Part shown: positions 1 to 17,422 of the stretch, piece after piece
Numbering within the stretch: position 1 is the first letter of the stretch
Layout: each line of letters opens with the position of its first letter
DNA from: the human T2T-CHM13v2.0 reference genome, Homo sapiens
Assembly (NCBI RefSeq): GCF_009914755.1
Contig: NC_060939.1
Direction: 5' to 3' (one strand)
DNA: 64,000 bases
Position numbers and translations under genes: made by a program
The notes under the pieces: generated by a model
The model's input: the letters and a program-made list of their open reading frames with translations, nothing else
The model's database searches: none
What the model was told of the DNA's origin: nothing

Positions 1-1381
1 TGGTTATAATGAGTGGCTGTACCTTTCCATGACTAGCTCCAGATAATTTTGCAATTTTAAGTTCAGGCTAAAAGAAGTTGTCTAATATATGCCAGTGTAT
101 ATTTAGCCTTGTATTGCCATTGACTTGTGTATATACATTATTTCTAGGTTACAAATAGTTGAAATTTGCCCTCTTTGGCTATATTAAGTCTTTGTCTACA
201 TTAGACTATCACTCAGAATTAAACCTGTAACTGGCATATAATAAATTTATCAGATAGCAGAAATATTCAGTTAATGTAGGAGAATGCACAGGCATCCTAA
301 GCCCATTTTTGCTTTCTTGATATGTCTTCCTGTTAAACATGATAGAAATTCTCTTTTACTGGACTCCCTGGATGATGAAGCACACATAGCTAGGACACCA
401 CAAGTTATTAGACTCCTTATGCTATCAGTGTCGTATGTGCTAGAACCGCCTCTGGAGAGCAAGATCTGGGTTACCTCTTGGAGACTTCCATTGCCCAACG
501 ATGCCAGAGGTACCCGTGGAGAATCACTTGTGTAGGGTTTGGTATTGACTGGGGAAAACTGTAGGAAAGGTTTGAGGGTCTGAGATTCTCAGCCACACTT
601 CTGTGTAGTAATTAGTTTAATGGATAGGGCAGTAGCTTTCAGGATGTCAGGTGTTTGGAAGCTCCACAGATTTCTGAATTTGTGTATATTTAAAACTACA
701 TAAAAACGTACCTTCTTAAAGGTATAATTCCCAAATTTTAACATCAACGTATCAGCTTTAGCTATCAGCCTACCTATTCATTTGTATTTTTCCTTCCATC
801 TCTAATTAATTGAAGATTATACTGTGATTGCAAGGCAAGCCATTAAAAAAAAACTGCTAATATTGGTTATTTATCTACATGAAGAACGTTAAGATGTTCT
901 CTGTGTCATGTACTCAAAATTAAATAAAGAAATTAGAGGTTGTGGTAGGTAAGTGAATTGCGAATGTCATGCACCTCTGACCTCACGTTTTTAGTTCATC
1001 ACAGCTGCTTCATTGTTCTCATTAACTTTGAAAGTAAATATTAAAATTGCAACTCAAAATAAATCTGTACTGTTTTACATATCTGAACACAGTATATTAA
1101 TATTTCATATAAGACTTTTTAGAGTTTTTCTAGTATTTTGGAAAACCAGTGAAATAGTGGATTGGCTACTGGTTCTGTGCTAATAGTGTTTATAAGTGGA
1201 ATGGGACTTTTTTTAATATGAAGTCACCCAAGGAATTTGCTTTTTCTGGAGGCACGTTATTTCATGAAGTCCAGTGTGTTATCACTAGACTAAAGTCTTT
1301 TCTGTTTGGGAAGTCTGTCGGTGGGGACAGGGGTCATAATAACCTTTGCTAGTTGTTCTTTGATTTTTGGTAATGGCTTGA

Positions 1382-1817
<436 letters not shown>

Positions 1818-1990
1818 TAAGTTGGGCTTGACTGTTACCCTAATATGCACCTAAGTTTCAAAAATACATTCTTTAATTTGCATACCACCCTACTCCAGAA
1901 GTAATGTAGAAATAGTCTCAACATCTGGTGATAGCATTAAGGTTTATGCAAGACAGTCTGCAGCCTGCCTCTTATAAAAAGAAGGGGGTA

Positions 1991-2266
1991 GGCCAGGCAC
2001 GGTGGCTCACGCCTGTAATCCCAGCACTTTAGGAGGGCAAGGCAGGTGGATCACGAGATCAGGCGTTCAAGACCAGCCTGACCAACATGGTGAAACCCCG
2101 TCTCTACTAAAAATACAAAAAATTAGCTGGGCATGATGGTGGGCGCTTGTAATCCCCAGCTACTTGGGAGGCTGAGGCAGGAGAACTGCTCGAACCCGGG
2201 AGGCGGAGGTTACAGTCAGCCAAAGATCGCGCCATTGCACTTCAGCCTGGGTGACAGAGCAAGACT

Positions 2267-2294
<28 letters not shown>
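1991..2294 (+). mobile_element. Alu (AluS-like) with (CA)14 tail
   Basis: ggccaggcacggtggctcacgcc head, CA microsatellite 2267-2294. Confidence 0.93.
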
Positions 2295-2299
<5 letters not shown>

Positions 2300-3536
2300 A
2301 GTGAAAAGGATTGAAAGCAACAAAATAGTATGTAGTCATCTTCTCAAAGGAACCAAAGTAATGGGCTGATTATCTTCAGCTTCCTGAAGAAGCTGAATGT
2401 TTGTATGTAGGAAGTCCCATGTGTTATCTTGGCAGGAAGTAGAAAATATGAGTAATTTGGGGACGCAGAATCTTTCGTCACTTCCCTCCATCGCGTCTCA
2501 TGTCCAGGATCTTCCCAGGAGTCGTAGGAAATGTAGCATCCATGCAGTTAGTCGTTTACCTCCTAGGAAACCTTTGTGCTCTTAGGAGACAGTGGCTTCC
2601 CATTGTAGTTAAGTGTAACCCTGTTTGGCTGACCCCTGGATAGAGCTTCATACCCTCAGCACTGCATAGTCACCTTTGACTTGTGGTTAGAAAGATCAGC
2701 CATATAGTCCATCATGATGATATGTTATGATGGTTTATACAAGAAACTGGGACTTTTTATCTCAGCCAAAACGCTACTCTTGCTTTAGGATTAGGTGACT
2801 TTAACAGGGTTAATAGAGGAATGTCTTTTCAACTCTTATTTCTCTATTATGTAAAGCTGTCCTTGAATAGTCAGCTGTTCTTTCCAGCTGCCACAAATAA
2901 TTTGTTCTTTGAAAAGCTTAGTGACTTAGTGGGGTCTTTCAGAATAAGGAATTTGTTATGTTCAGGTTTTGGGGTCTTGCCAGTGGTTCTGTTTTGCTTG
3001 CTTTAAACAGATGTAAAATGATACTGAGATTATTGCTGATTTATTTTCTGTTGTGCTAGCAGCATTTCAGTACTTTTGTGGTAGGTTGTTTCTTTTACAT
3101 AAAAAATAAACAAGTAAACCAGCTGCAATCTAAGTAGGAAACATAAGAATTTAGAATGTGTGTGATGGTTAGATTTTACTTCTGATTTCATCAGAAAAGT
3201 TGCCCTCTAGACAGTTTTCTGGCATTTATAGTTCATTGCTTATATGAGAGAATAAAATACATATAGTTGATTAAAGGAAGGAAGTTTATTACTTAGGGAA
3301 AAGGAAGGTAAAAAAAGACCCTAAGCAATAAAGGCAATTCTTTTTTAAGCAGAATACTTTCATTTTATTTCATTTTTGTTTACCAGTGTTGTTACGAAAA
3401 CTGCTGCTGGGGCTACTTCAGCTGAGATGATTTGGCTCTTTTTTGTGGCTTTCTTCTTGTTCTGTACATCAGCACTGTGGTTATTACACCAGCTACCAAG
3501 AACATCTCACATGCCTTTTGCATATAAGCACTCTTA

Positions 3537-3910
<374 letters not shown>

Positions 3911-6900
3911 TAATAATTTTTTTTTGAGAGACAGGGTCTCTGTTAAAGATTTTAAACAAGAAGTTTAAAGTTGCAGAAAGAATTTTGTAGCATGCATTTC
4001 TAAATTTGCTCATATTTAACTGTTTTTTGTTTTATTTTCATTTTCTTGGTTAGAGTTGAAATGATAGGAGAAAGTTGTGCATTTCTATCCTTAAAGGTAA
4101 TTCCTCAACTTGTGTCCTGGAGAAGAATCAGGTCATTTTTCCCAGTTAGATTTTGCTGCTCACATCTGTAGGCAGAACAGTCAGAAGTCTTCAGCCTATT
4201 CCCAAGTGATGATCAATGAACTGAAGTACTGGAAGACCTTTTTTGTCAGAGCCTTGGCTGCATATGACTCAGCTCCCAAAGGTGGCTCGTTTCTGTGTAG
4301 GCAGTCCTTTGATATTCTGTCATTTCATTTCAGTTTGGCATGGCCACTCCTCTTATCATTGTATAAAGTTGATTTTCTTAAGTTAGCCTCGCTAATGGTT
4401 TGTTTTATTTTTCTTCCGAAAGATAAAAAACACATAGTATATAACCATTCGCCAAAGATCTGTGGTGGTTGGTGGCATGGGTTAAAAAAAAGATACAGCA
4501 ATAGATAGATGATAGTTTCCAGTCATGTGGGTTTAACTTCATTTTCTTTGGTTTGATGCCTCCTTGTAGCAAAGAAAGAAGTTGAAGGCTGGACTGTTTG
4601 TTTTAGGTACAGAGGAATCCGATTAGGGATCAGCTCTGTTCCCATAAACCACTGTGCTGAGACCTTTTTGAAGAATTTTAAAAAATGAAAGCATATTGCC
4701 TACTGCTATTAGGAAATCTATCAAATAAATAAATAAAAGGCCAGATAATTATTCTCTGATCTTCATAACAACATGGTATGGTTTGTGGCAGAGAGCTTAA
4801 AAATGTATTAGATTTGTCTTCCATTCTTGTGTTCTTGGTAATTTTCTGTTTTCCCAAACAGAGAGTAAGATTTTAGTCTCATGACTTTGGCTGATGTCAG
4901 TGGGGCTGAAGTTTCTAAATCACCCACGCACAGCTCTAAAACTGTCACTGTGAATTGAGTCCAGGACAACTTGGAAACAAGTTGAGTGTTTTTCAAGTAG
5001 GTACTTCAGCATGTTAAGGAGATGTCCATGCAAACTATCACTAAGAGAAAACTCATGACCATAATATAGAGCGTGTTAAACTTCCAGCTGGGTTGTGGGT
5101 TTGGGGACATGTTTCAATTAATTAAAAGTGAATTTATGTGAAAAGTTCTTTACTAGAAGCACATTTTAAATGATTTTTTTCTGCTTCTATGTTCATCTCA
5201 GACACTCAAACACTGGCCTGAGAGTTTGAATATTGCTGAAACCTTTTTACGTGATAGTGCCACTCCCTTAAAAATCATCATTGCTTAAATCTCTGTAGGG
5301 TGTTGGAACTGGTTGGGAAGAAAGGAACAGAAAGAACAGAACTTGGAAACAAATTCTGCCCATAGTGTTCTTGGTCACTTTTGCAGATCAGAATTAGTAG
5401 CTGGTTCTCCAGCAAATCTGCCACCTCCTGTGTTGCCCTTAGGTGCCTAAAATATTATAGATTTTCAATAAAACAAAAGAAAAAAAATATACTTTTTTAA
5501 CTGGATTATAAGACAATAAAATCTTATCTTTAAGTTATCACAAGATGCGATAAATGGATTATGCAAAAGGATATGGAAATGTTTATAAGCAAATCCAAGG
5601 AACTTTGAACGACATTAGAGTGTGATGATTTTTTAAAAATTAAAAATTTTTTTTAATTTTGAAAAATGTTAATACAAAGTATTATACATAGGTAATTTAT
5701 CACATATGTGTCCATGATTCAGAATGAACACATAGTAACATTCTGTCAGACGGCTTCAGATTGTTTCACTTTTTAAGAAACCATTATGGTTAAGTTCAGA
5801 TTCCCCTTTGTTTCCCTGCCCCATGCATCTTCCTTCCTCCCCAAGGACAAGGACTGTCATGAATTCAGTGCATTCGTAGTCTGTGTTTTATAATTTATTT
5901 TCATACATAAACAACATATAATTTGTTTTTGTTTTTAACCTACATAAATACTACCATACAGTACCTCTTTTTGTAATTTGCTTTATTCTCTTCAGCATTA
6001 TATATTGAGGATTCAGCACGCTGAAAAACATAGATCTACTAATCATTGACTTTGCCTTTTCATAGTCTTTTTATACTTTTTCTGTAGAAGGGAAAGAGAA
6101 ATGGACTTAAAGATGATGTATTTGAAAGACTTTAGCTGAGTGGGGATTTGTGAAGAGAAAGGGTTTGAGTGGGGTGGGCTTTCAAGTCTGTGCATGGGAA
6201 GGATATGATGGATCAACTAATGGGAGAGGAAGAAACCAGAAAGGAGCATGCCAGCTGCAAGTCCCGGGCATCTCTGTGGCAGAGGAGGGGAGGTGCACCA
6301 TACACCCTGAGTAAGAATAGTGCTCGTGAGGATGGGCAGAAACATGTTTTGGCTTACTAGAAAATAAATAAAGCCGTTTGCCTCGACCACTTTGTTATGC
6401 TTCTTGCTGTGGGTCCAGCAGCCTGAAACTCACTTACCCATCTGATAGAATCACAGCAGAGGGAACCTGGGGGAAAATGTGATTCCTCCTTTTTAATTTT
6501 ATAGATGAGGAAACGGAGGCCTGTCAAGAAGGGACTAGGGTCATACTAGTACATACATACATGCAGAGCCAGGACCTACGTCAAATTTAGTTTGACAGCT
6601 GTTTGTCCTTTTGTGTTACTAAATTGATGTTTGACATACTGTAATCAAGGCTGTGTCAGCGCATTCATCTAATTTTAGTTTAAATAGGCATAGTAGGGCC
6701 GAGAGAGGAGCATTTGAATAGGATGCATGAGCTAGGCACTATGCTGGAGAGTCTTAATTTGAAGATTCAGCAGTGGGTGAATGGTCCCTGCCCCAGAGAG
6801 GGGATAGAGAAAAACCTAAGAGAGTCTCAATACACTGTGCCAGTGGTATTAAGGAGGAGACCTGTGAACCAAGTGGGTGTTAAAGGAAGTGTTACAAAAG

Positions 6901-8043
6901 GCATGGAATAGGCCTTTGAGGTCTGGGATTCTAGCAGTCTCCTTTCTGGTTTCCTTCCCTCCCCATCATCACTCCAGTCCCCCACAAATCCATGTGTCTG
7001 GGCTAAAAGAGATGTTGGCCCAAAAGAGATGTTGGCCCTTAACTGGTGAGTTGATGTAGACAGGACCTGTGATGCTTCCTGAATCAGTCTGTGAGGCATT
7101 GCCTAGTGAATGGTATCTGTGGTTGATTTCCTGAGTGAGCCCTTCCCATGAGAGTGTCTCCTCGAGTGTCCCCACAGGCCGATCTTTCATTTGTTTCTGC
7201 TTTACCTCTGGCTTCCTGGAACAGTTCTGTTATGTGACTTTATAGCAGCGCTGAGAGCTGATGGTAAGCCTTCTGAGACACAGAGGCTTGGGTTTTTACG
7301 TCAGTGGCCCTTGTAGGCCAAGGGAGTGAAAAGTAAAGGAATTGAGATAAAATGCTGTCCTTGCCAAATTGTGGTTTCTGCTTTATCTTTCAAGAAGTCT
7401 CCATTTTCTCTTAAGTCACAGTTCCCAGAGGTGCATGTGGGGGTTCCAGTGACCTTTCATGTGTGGTTCCTGTCTCAGAGAATGGGGTGCAAAAAGCCCA
7501 GCGTAGTTAAGCTTTTCAGATTTTATATTCTGTGCTTTATTACAGTCATACAAATTTTGTAACCCCTGTTAGGGGCTTTATTAATGTATTTATTTGTAAT
7601 TTAGACTTACACATTGATGGCAGACACTTTCACTTTTAGTTTTGGTAGCCTCTCAGCTTCCTGTCTGAAAAGTTCCAGACTTACTAGTTTTTGTTGATTA
7701 GAAATCACATCTGTTGCTTCCTAAGGGCCAGGAAACTCACCCTTCCCATCAGATCACTTGAGTCGTTGTTCCTCTCATTAAGCTGTAATCTGTCTCCTGG
7801 TCTCCAAATAAAGACACAAACACCGAAAAAAAAAAAAATCACATCTGCTCGTGTTTTTCCTCCTCCAAATAACATCACAGACCTGCTTCCTAGAAGAGGA
7901 CTGCAGTGTGTAATTTCAGTCACATTCTCACATGTGAGTGACTTCACTTTGAAATTCAGAGGCCACTTGTGGCAGCAGTGGAAACTCAGAATCTGGGATC
8001 TGTTTGCTTTGTCCATGTGACCTTGGGTTTGCTTTCTTTTCAG

Positions 8044-8111
8044 ATTGCAGTGCTTTTGTCCACAAAGGCTGCCGAGAAAGTCTAGCCTCCTGTGCAAAGG
8101 TCAAAATGAAG
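8044..8111 (+). CDS. AKAP13: AKAP13 exon, end of C1 zinc finger (NCSAFVHKGCRESLASCAKVKMK)
   Basis: ttttcag acceptor, AAG|gtaaga donor, CxxxxHxxC motif. Confidence 0.95.
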
Positions 8112-8854
8112 GTAAGACTTTCTGGCTAAAACAAGGCTTAAAATAAAAGGGTTTAAACCAGCAAAATCCTCGGGAGTTGGGAGAGTTGAGGTTGTGGTGG
8201 ATTTTGTTTATTTTAATCATTTGGTACCAACTTTGAGAACAAATTATAACTAAAAAATATTTTTTCTCTTAAGCGATCAATCTTCTTCTTGAGTAACACT
8301 GGAGAATTAGACTTTCAGAAAAGAAAACGCTTTCAGAACTTCTTCACGTTCAATATACATTTCTTCGTGATTTTAATATTTCCTTATTGCTCTTAAAGTG
8401 GTTTTCTTCTTAACTACGTCTGCAGGCCTACCCTGCTGTTCATACACCTGTCTTCCTCCTTCAGGACTATCAGGGCAGCAGGTGGAGGTCAGGGGCATTG
8501 ACCTGCTGGTGGGGGTGGGGAGGGTGTTATGGTTAGCCCCAGCCTGTCTGGTAGCACTTTTCTCCTCAGGTATGTAATATAGGTGGCTCTGATCACATGA
8601 CGTAAGAATAGAAAGTGCCTGTTTTATGGTGGTATCTGCCCTGAGCATGTATGCTATGTAATCATGCTTTCCCAGTGGCCCTTAAAAAAAAGTGTGGGTT
8701 AAGGGCCATACCTTTTAGGTAGCCTGTGAGGTTTTCAATGTTCTAGTCGCCTGTAAGTGTCTCTTCATTCCTTGTCAAAGGAGTGCTTTCCAACTTCGTC
8801 GACACAGATGATTAATGAGCTGTGTGCTTCGTCAGTCACCAAACACAGTTATCT

Positions 8855-9031
8855 AGTGCCATGACCTCAACCTGGAATGTGCATCAGAATCAACTCGAGG
8901 GCTTATTGAAAGACAACTTACTGAGCCCCACTCCCAGAGTCTCAGATTCTGGGGGAGAGTCCAGGAATTTGCATTTCTAGTAAGTTCCCAGATGATGCTG
9001 ATAGTCCGAGGACCTTACTTTGAGAAGCACT
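8855..9031. mobile_element. MER5A-like hAT-Charlie relic
   Basis: gcatcagaatca...aatttgcatttctagtaagttcccagatgatgctgat...ctttgagaagcact. Confidence 0.7.
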
Positions 9032-9684
9032 AAAACTAGTGTCAAAATGGCAAAGAATAGGATAGCCAGATCTTCTTTAGCCTATGGACACATATTTTGT
9101 TTGGCTCATGTAGTATTTTTAAAATGTGAGTTAGTGCAGCTCTTTCAAAATCATGTTTTATATCAGTTTGGATTCTTAAGTTCTCCTGAAAAAACTGGAA
9201 GATTTATAACCCTTGGCTCCCTGATATTTCCCTGTACCCAGCACTCCCAGTTTTTCCTTTTTTCCATAGTACTTATCACCTTCTTAGAGTCTGTATTTAC
9301 CCATCTTTATTTATTATTATATAGTTTTTTATAGTCTGTATCTTCCCCCCACTAGAATATAAGCTCCAAACTCATTAAGCAGGCTGAGGGCAGGAGTTGG
9401 CTCCATCAGTGGCGCCTGAGCACCTCACAGGGAGGGAGGGATGGCTGGAGCTGAGTGGTGCTGCCTCCTTTAGACAGGATATGCCAGTTCCAGGCTGCCA
9501 CTGCCTTCCCACACCCCACCCCACCCCAGCTTGCTTCTGTCATTTGTTACCTGCCGGCACCATAGTCATTTGAGTTTGTGATCTCTGATAAGACTCAATT
9601 GTTGTGAATGTACTAGTTTATACAGAATGATCATGATAGAGACATAGCATCTCCCATATAAGATAATATAACCTAAAAGGGGGA

Positions 9685-10007
<323 letters not shown>

Positions 10008-10598
10008 TGGAATTTCATTTTAAATAGGAAGTAACCTATTTCTTCTAATGATTTATCTCAGATTAATCGCTTCAGTCTATAATCTCTCAAAGTATTTTTG
10101 CTACATGGCTACAACGAAAGTATTAACTAAAATTAGTATTTTACCCAATAATTTAGCACCTTATAAATGCTAGTTACTGGAAATGAAATGCAAAAGTCAA
10201 AAGATGCTGCCCTTAAGGCACCAGCAATCTACTGGGGAAGACGGACAGTTACTATAAATGAGAAAGGTGCCAGTCACTGCCTTGGGTGAGGAGAGGAGAG
10301 AAGCTATAGATGGCTTTACCAAGGAGGCAACCCTTAAATCGTCTTAAAGGGGAAGAATGCCATGCTTCTGAAGGTGAGAAAAGCATTCCAGGCAGGATAG
10401 ACAGCATCTACGGCATTGGAGTACGTGGCAGGCTTAGAGGATGGCAATTGGGGGCGACCGTGGCTGGGACACAGGGTGCTTAGGGCAGTGCAAAAAGCAG
10501 AGTGGGAAAGGAAGCTGAACTGCTTGCTCCCTTCCTACTCGGCTTCTCAGGGCTTGACAGAGGTGAATTGTCAATGGACTTACTTTCTTTCTCTTTAG

Positions 10599-10665
10599 CA
10601 GCCCAAAGGGAGCCTTCAGGCACATGACACATCATCACTGCCCACGGTCATTATGAGAAACAAGC
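10599..10665 (+). CDS. AKAP13: AKAP13 exon (QPKGSLQAHDTSSLPTVIMRNK)
   Basis: tag/cag acceptor, C|gtaagt donor, phase consistent. Confidence 0.93.
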
Positions 10666-10964
10666 GTAAGTAGCTCAGCCCACCTCTCAATTCCCTTTCG
10701 GACTTTCTGGTTCTGAATGTAAAAATGCTGTTGTAATATTCAGTTATTATTCATAGTCAAGATATGAATACCTATTTTGTGGTAAGTGAGAGAAGGCTGC
10801 TGTTTTATCCTGCAGATTCCTTTACCCATATAACATTATACCATCAAACCCTCTTGGAAGGTCTCTAAAACAGTCTGTGTATTAGCTTAAAGGCAGCACC
10901 TTTGCCCTGTGTGTTTAAGCAAGTGACCCCTGCGCATCTCAACTTCCTCTTTAATAGTAGTTGA

Positions 10965-11234
<270 letters not shown>

Positions 11235-11869
11235 TAGTTCTTTTTTTTTATTATTTCTAAGGACCTCAAATGTTACTCAGAATTGAGTAAATCACACTCT
11301 TCCATTCACATCAAACCATTTTCACCAGTGCATAGAAGACTCCACTTTGGTTTTACTGATACTTTTCCCTTTTCACTCCCCATTCCCTGTCTCATTCCTA
11401 CTTTAGTATATTTAATGTATGTCCTTCTAATCTGCCATATTTTTAGACATATGTATACTTTGAAAAAAATGTATTATTTTGTGTGAATTTAAATTAGATA
11501 ATATGACTTATGCTTATATGTTCTGCTTATTTTTTTCACTCAATATTGTTTTGAGATATGCATGTTATTGTACGCTATTGTTTCAGACTATGGCATGGTA
11601 TTCTTTCATAAGCATATTTCACATTTAAAGTTCCCCTAGAGACAGAATATTTACTTTGCTTCCAGCTACTACCATAAATAATGCAATGATTAATATCTTC
11701 TTAGCTGGCTCCATGGGAGCCTCTGTGAGACTTTCCCCAGGCAGTGTTCTTGAAAATGTAGTTTTTTAGAAGTAAAGATTCTTGGGCCCCACCCTGATCT
11801 GTGAATCACAAACCGTGGGATGGGACCAGCATTCTGTGTTTTTTTGTGGTGTGTGGGAGTGTGTTTAAT

Positions 11870-12153
11870 AGAGACAGGGTCTTGCTTTGTCACCCAGGCT
11901 GGAGTGCAGTGGTGTGATCATAGCTCACTGTAACCTCAAACTCCTGGGCTCAAGAAATCCCCTCACCTCAGATTCCTGAGTTGCTGGCACTCCAGGTGTG
12001 CGCCGCTATGCCTGGCTGATTTTTTAATTTTTTTGTAGAGACGGGGTCTCACTACGTTGCCCAGGCTCGTCTCAAACTCCTGGCCTCAAGCAGTCCTCAT
12101 GCCTTGGCCTCCCAAAGTGCTGAGATAACAGGCATGAGCCACCGCACCCAGCC
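11870..12153 (-). mobile_element. AluJ-like, inserted in a MER5-like element (~11740-12215)
   Basis: tcatagctcactgtaacctcaaactcctgggc; MER5-like flanks. Confidence 0.85.
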
Positions 12154-12551
12154 TGGTCTGTGTTTTAATAGATCCTCCAGGTGATTCTGATGCCCACTCA
12201 AGCTTGAAAACCGCTCCTTTATGCCCAGTTTCTCTGAGTACTTCCAGATAGCTCCTGAATGGCTATACTAGTCTACACTCCCAGAAGAGAGTGATTCCCT
12301 TTAGATATATTTAATCTGGTTTTTATCCATCTTCACACGTAGATGACTAGAAGAGGAGCTTCTCCAGGTTGATACCCACTTTTAGTCTGTGATCTTACCC
12401 ATTCCACATACTTTTTATGTCTAGCTTCCTAAAATGCTTTTTTTCTTGTGACATTATCTGTTGTTTCAGAAGTCTGTTTTCTTTCTTATTTTCATGTCTT
12501 TCTTAAAAACAAATGCCTATTATGTGCAAGGTTCATGAGTATTACCTTTGA

Positions 12552-13130
<579 letters not shown>

Positions 13131-13988
13131 TGCTATGATCATCACAAATAAGGAAACAGCAATATTGAGTCACTTACTTGGGTAGAATATGGATTGGTTA
13201 CAAATAAGGAAAGCTGTTATTTTCTTCCCCCCTATGCTGGCTTTTAGATACAAGTTATTATGAGCTCTGCCTAACATCATTCTGCTTTTCCAGCCCTTTC
13301 ACTGATTCCTTCTACCTGCTTCATCTTCTACTCTGTGTCTCCCTTTTACATTAATACTACATAATTACTTCTGCCTTCATTCCATGGTTCTTCTCATCAG
13401 AATTGTCCTCTCTTTTTTCTTCTGACCCATCCACATCCTTGCAATTCTTCAAGAACTAGTGTTTTCTTCCTCCATCAGATTTTATCCGCTCAGTGACCTC
13501 CCTTCAGAAACATTCAGGTTATGCTCCAGGCCCTTTAACTCTTAAGCTCATTCTCTTTTCTACCCACTTGCTCTTTTTCTCTTGGGTGGGGGTGGGGGTG
13601 GGGGCAGAGGGGTAGGGCCACATCCCATAATCCTTGTGTACTTTCTGCAGCTAGAATCTGGTCAGGTTTTAGAATGTCGGGTTTCTGCTATTTTATTGTG
13701 TCATCATCTTGTAAATAGAATTTGAATTGGAAATTAATGATTATATTAATGCTCATTGAGTCAAAGACATCCTGAAATACTGTGAAGTCATAACTACCAC
13801 CCCAGTCTTATTTCCTTCACCTCTTGACACTCCTGGGGATGGACAGATAATGCAACCTGTGAATGGGACAGCAAGTCCATTACCAGGGAAAAATGTTCCC
13901 AAGTGCCAGCGTGACCACTTTAGCAAATTAGATCTCCAGTTTCCTCTTTAGTCATGTTAATGAGAAATATGCACTATGAGAACAAATT

Positions 13989-14438
13989 AGAATTGACCCT
14001 TGAATAACTCGGATGATAGGTGTGCCAGCCCCACCCCCATGCAGTCAAAAATCCACATAAAACTTTTTGACTCCCCCAGAACTTACCTACTAATAGCCTA
14101 CTGTTGACCAGAAGCCTTACCAATAACATAAACAGTCAATTAATGCATTTTGTTTGTTATGTGTATTATATACTGTATTCTTACAATAAATTAAGCCAAA
14201 GGAAAAAATGTTATTTTAAAAATCATAAGGAAGAGAAAATATATTTACTGTTTGTTAAGTGGAAGTAGATCATCATAAAGGTCTTCATCCTTGTCGTTTT
14301 CACATTGAGTAGACCAAGAAGGAAGAGGAAGAAAAGAAGGGTTGGTCTTGCTGTCTCAAGGGTGGCAGAGGCAGAAGAAATTCCACATATAAGGGGATCT
14401 ATGTAGTTCAAACCCATGTTGTTCAAGGGTCATCTGTA
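13989..14438. mobile_element. Tigger2a-like TcMar-Tigger element
   Basis: Terminal inverted repeats ttgacccttgaataac / gttgttcaagggtcatctg-TA. Confidence 0.75.
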
Positions 14439-14706
14439 GTTACAGGTGTTAAACAAGTGTTAAATTTTCCTCATCTGTAAATTAAAGGAAATCATCAAAA
14501 TCTATGCTCGCTAGCAGGGAGCGCAGAAGAATCACTTGAGCCTGTAAGATATGTAGACTCTTGGGTTCCACCCCTAGAAGACAAGGGGGGCTGAGATTCC
14601 ATATCTAACAGGCACTCCAGATGTCTTCATGGTGAACGGTCCTAAAGAACGCTGCTCCCAGTTATCTCTCAGGTTCCTTTTACCCTTAAAATTCTTTCAA
14701 TCTTGG

Positions 14707-15528
<822 letters not shown>

Positions 15529-15530
<2 letters not shown>

Positions 15531-15798
15531 CTCCATGGAGTTTTTATACAAACTTACAGTTCCAGGGCAAATCCACTGTAAAGCGCCTTACTTCTGCTTG
15601 TTATTTGTCAGATGGGTCAGTACCAGGTGGAGCTGGATGGGTGATGCTTCAGTTAGTGTCCTCTCCTCCATGGAGTTTTTATATAAACTTACAGTTCCAG
15701 GGCAAATCCACTGTAAAGCGCCTTACTTCTGCTTGTTATTTGTCAGATGGGTCAGTACCAGGTGGAGCTGGATGGGTGATGCTTCAGTTAGTGTCCTC
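15529..15798 (+). repeat. 135-bp x2 tandem duplication
   Basis: 15529-15663 vs 15664-15798, one mismatch. Confidence 0.97.
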
Positions 15799-15807
15799 CT
15801 TTTGCAG

Positions 15808-15943
15808 CCTCACAGCCCAAGGAGCGTCCTCGGTCCGCAGTCCTCCTGGTGGATGAAACCGCTACCACCCCAATATTTGCCAATAGACGATCCCAGCAGA
15901 GTGTCTCGCTCTCCAAAAGTGTCTCCATACAGAACATTACTGG
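15808..15943 (+). CDS. AKAP13: AKAP13 exon (PSQPKERPRSAVLL...SIQNITG)
   Basis: tttgcag acceptor, GG|gtaagt donor. Confidence 0.94.
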
Positions 15944-17309
15944 GTAAGTGGAGATATTTAAAGATAGCACAGTTGGCATCTAGGTGACCAGAGCATAATA
16001 ATCACATCATATGACAAAAAGCTTTTTTTTTTTTTTAAGAAATAAATCTATAAGGTCATGGGTTGGTGCAGACAAGGACGATGGGGATTATGTTTCTGAT
16101 GCATGTCATGATGGTCATTCTGTCGCAAGGATCTCCTTTAAATACCCTTAGCAGGCTGGTTGCTGTAGGCTTTTTGTATATCATCAGCCCTACTTTTGAA
16201 GAATCTGAGTTCTAAAAAGATGATTTTTTAGATCAAAATAAGTAGGAATAGGAAAAAGGGTGATTTAATTCAGAATTTTGGGTTGCAACCACTTACAGAT
16301 GTCATGCTTTTCTGTTGTTCAAGTAAACCTGGTTGTTTTGTTTCTTCTTACCTCTGTTTTACATCTTTGCCTTTTAACACTTAAGTCAGTTTCATGGAGG
16401 TGAGTGCTGAGCCAATTATTACTATTAGGTTCTCACTCACTCGTTTGCACTGAGTTTCTTTTCTGGTCTCCTGGCCAGGCCTTGGCTGTCAAGTGGTTAG
16501 CAGGGGGCTGATAATGATGTTGCTGACTATTTTGGGTAAGATGCCTGCCTTCCCGTCGGGTGAATAAGCCATTTCAAATGTAGGACTCAGAGTATCTCTT
16601 TAACCTATCTTGGAGCAAAATTCCTAACTAAAGGATGCAAAAGTCTCCTTTTGTTTGTAATTCCTAACCTCTGTGCTGGCTAATGTTTTCTCCTCCTCTA
16701 AAAAGTTTCAGGTATTTTTGTTTTGTTTTGTTTTGTTTTGTCTTTGTATTCTCATTATTTCCAAAAGTGTACTTTTCAAAAGTTGTAACATTACTAAAGT
16801 TTGTATGCATTGTAACTTTCAAAAGTTGGTCTTTAAAGTGTTCTTGCTATTGTGTCTACTCACACATCAATTGGGTGCCTGCTGTGCTAGCTGGTGAGTT
16901 GGGATTGAGAAAGTCCAAAGAGAACATAGTTGATTGTAAGTGCTAGATCTGTAGTTATCTAGAGAACAGAAAAAACAGTGTATTGGTTAGGCAATAAGTT
17001 TTAAACAGAAAGTTTCTTATATAATGTGTACATGGTTTGATGGAAGAAAGTTCCCCTTGCTTCTTATCACTTTCTTTAAAAAGGCTCAAAAAGTCCTCAG
17101 AATTTGAGTCTCCAGTGATACTAAATGCTCCCGACTTTGTTACCAGGCCATGTGCATGTTGCTGTGGCCCCGACATAAGCAATTTGTCTTCAGTCACTGT
17201 AGTACTTCCAGCCAGTTGTCATTCTAGAGTCTTCAGGTACTCATTTAAGAATGCAAGCCATAGGTTATCAGAATGTATTTGACAGTATGTATTTTTCTTT
17301 TGTCCCCAG

Positions 17310-17422
17310 AGTTGGCAATGATGAGAACATGTCAAACACCTGGAAATTCCTGTCTCATTCAACAGACTCACTAAATAAAATCAGCAAGGTCAATGAGTCA
17401 ACAGAATCACTTACTGATGAGG
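17310..17422 (+). CDS. AKAP13: AKAP13 exon (VGNDENMSNTWKFL...LTDE)
   Basis: ccccag acceptor, G|gtaaga donor. Confidence 0.95.

Noticed and set aside
15535-15987. 150-aa ORF with a 45-aa repeat
   Set aside because: By-product of the 135-bp duplication; it crosses the real exon out of frame
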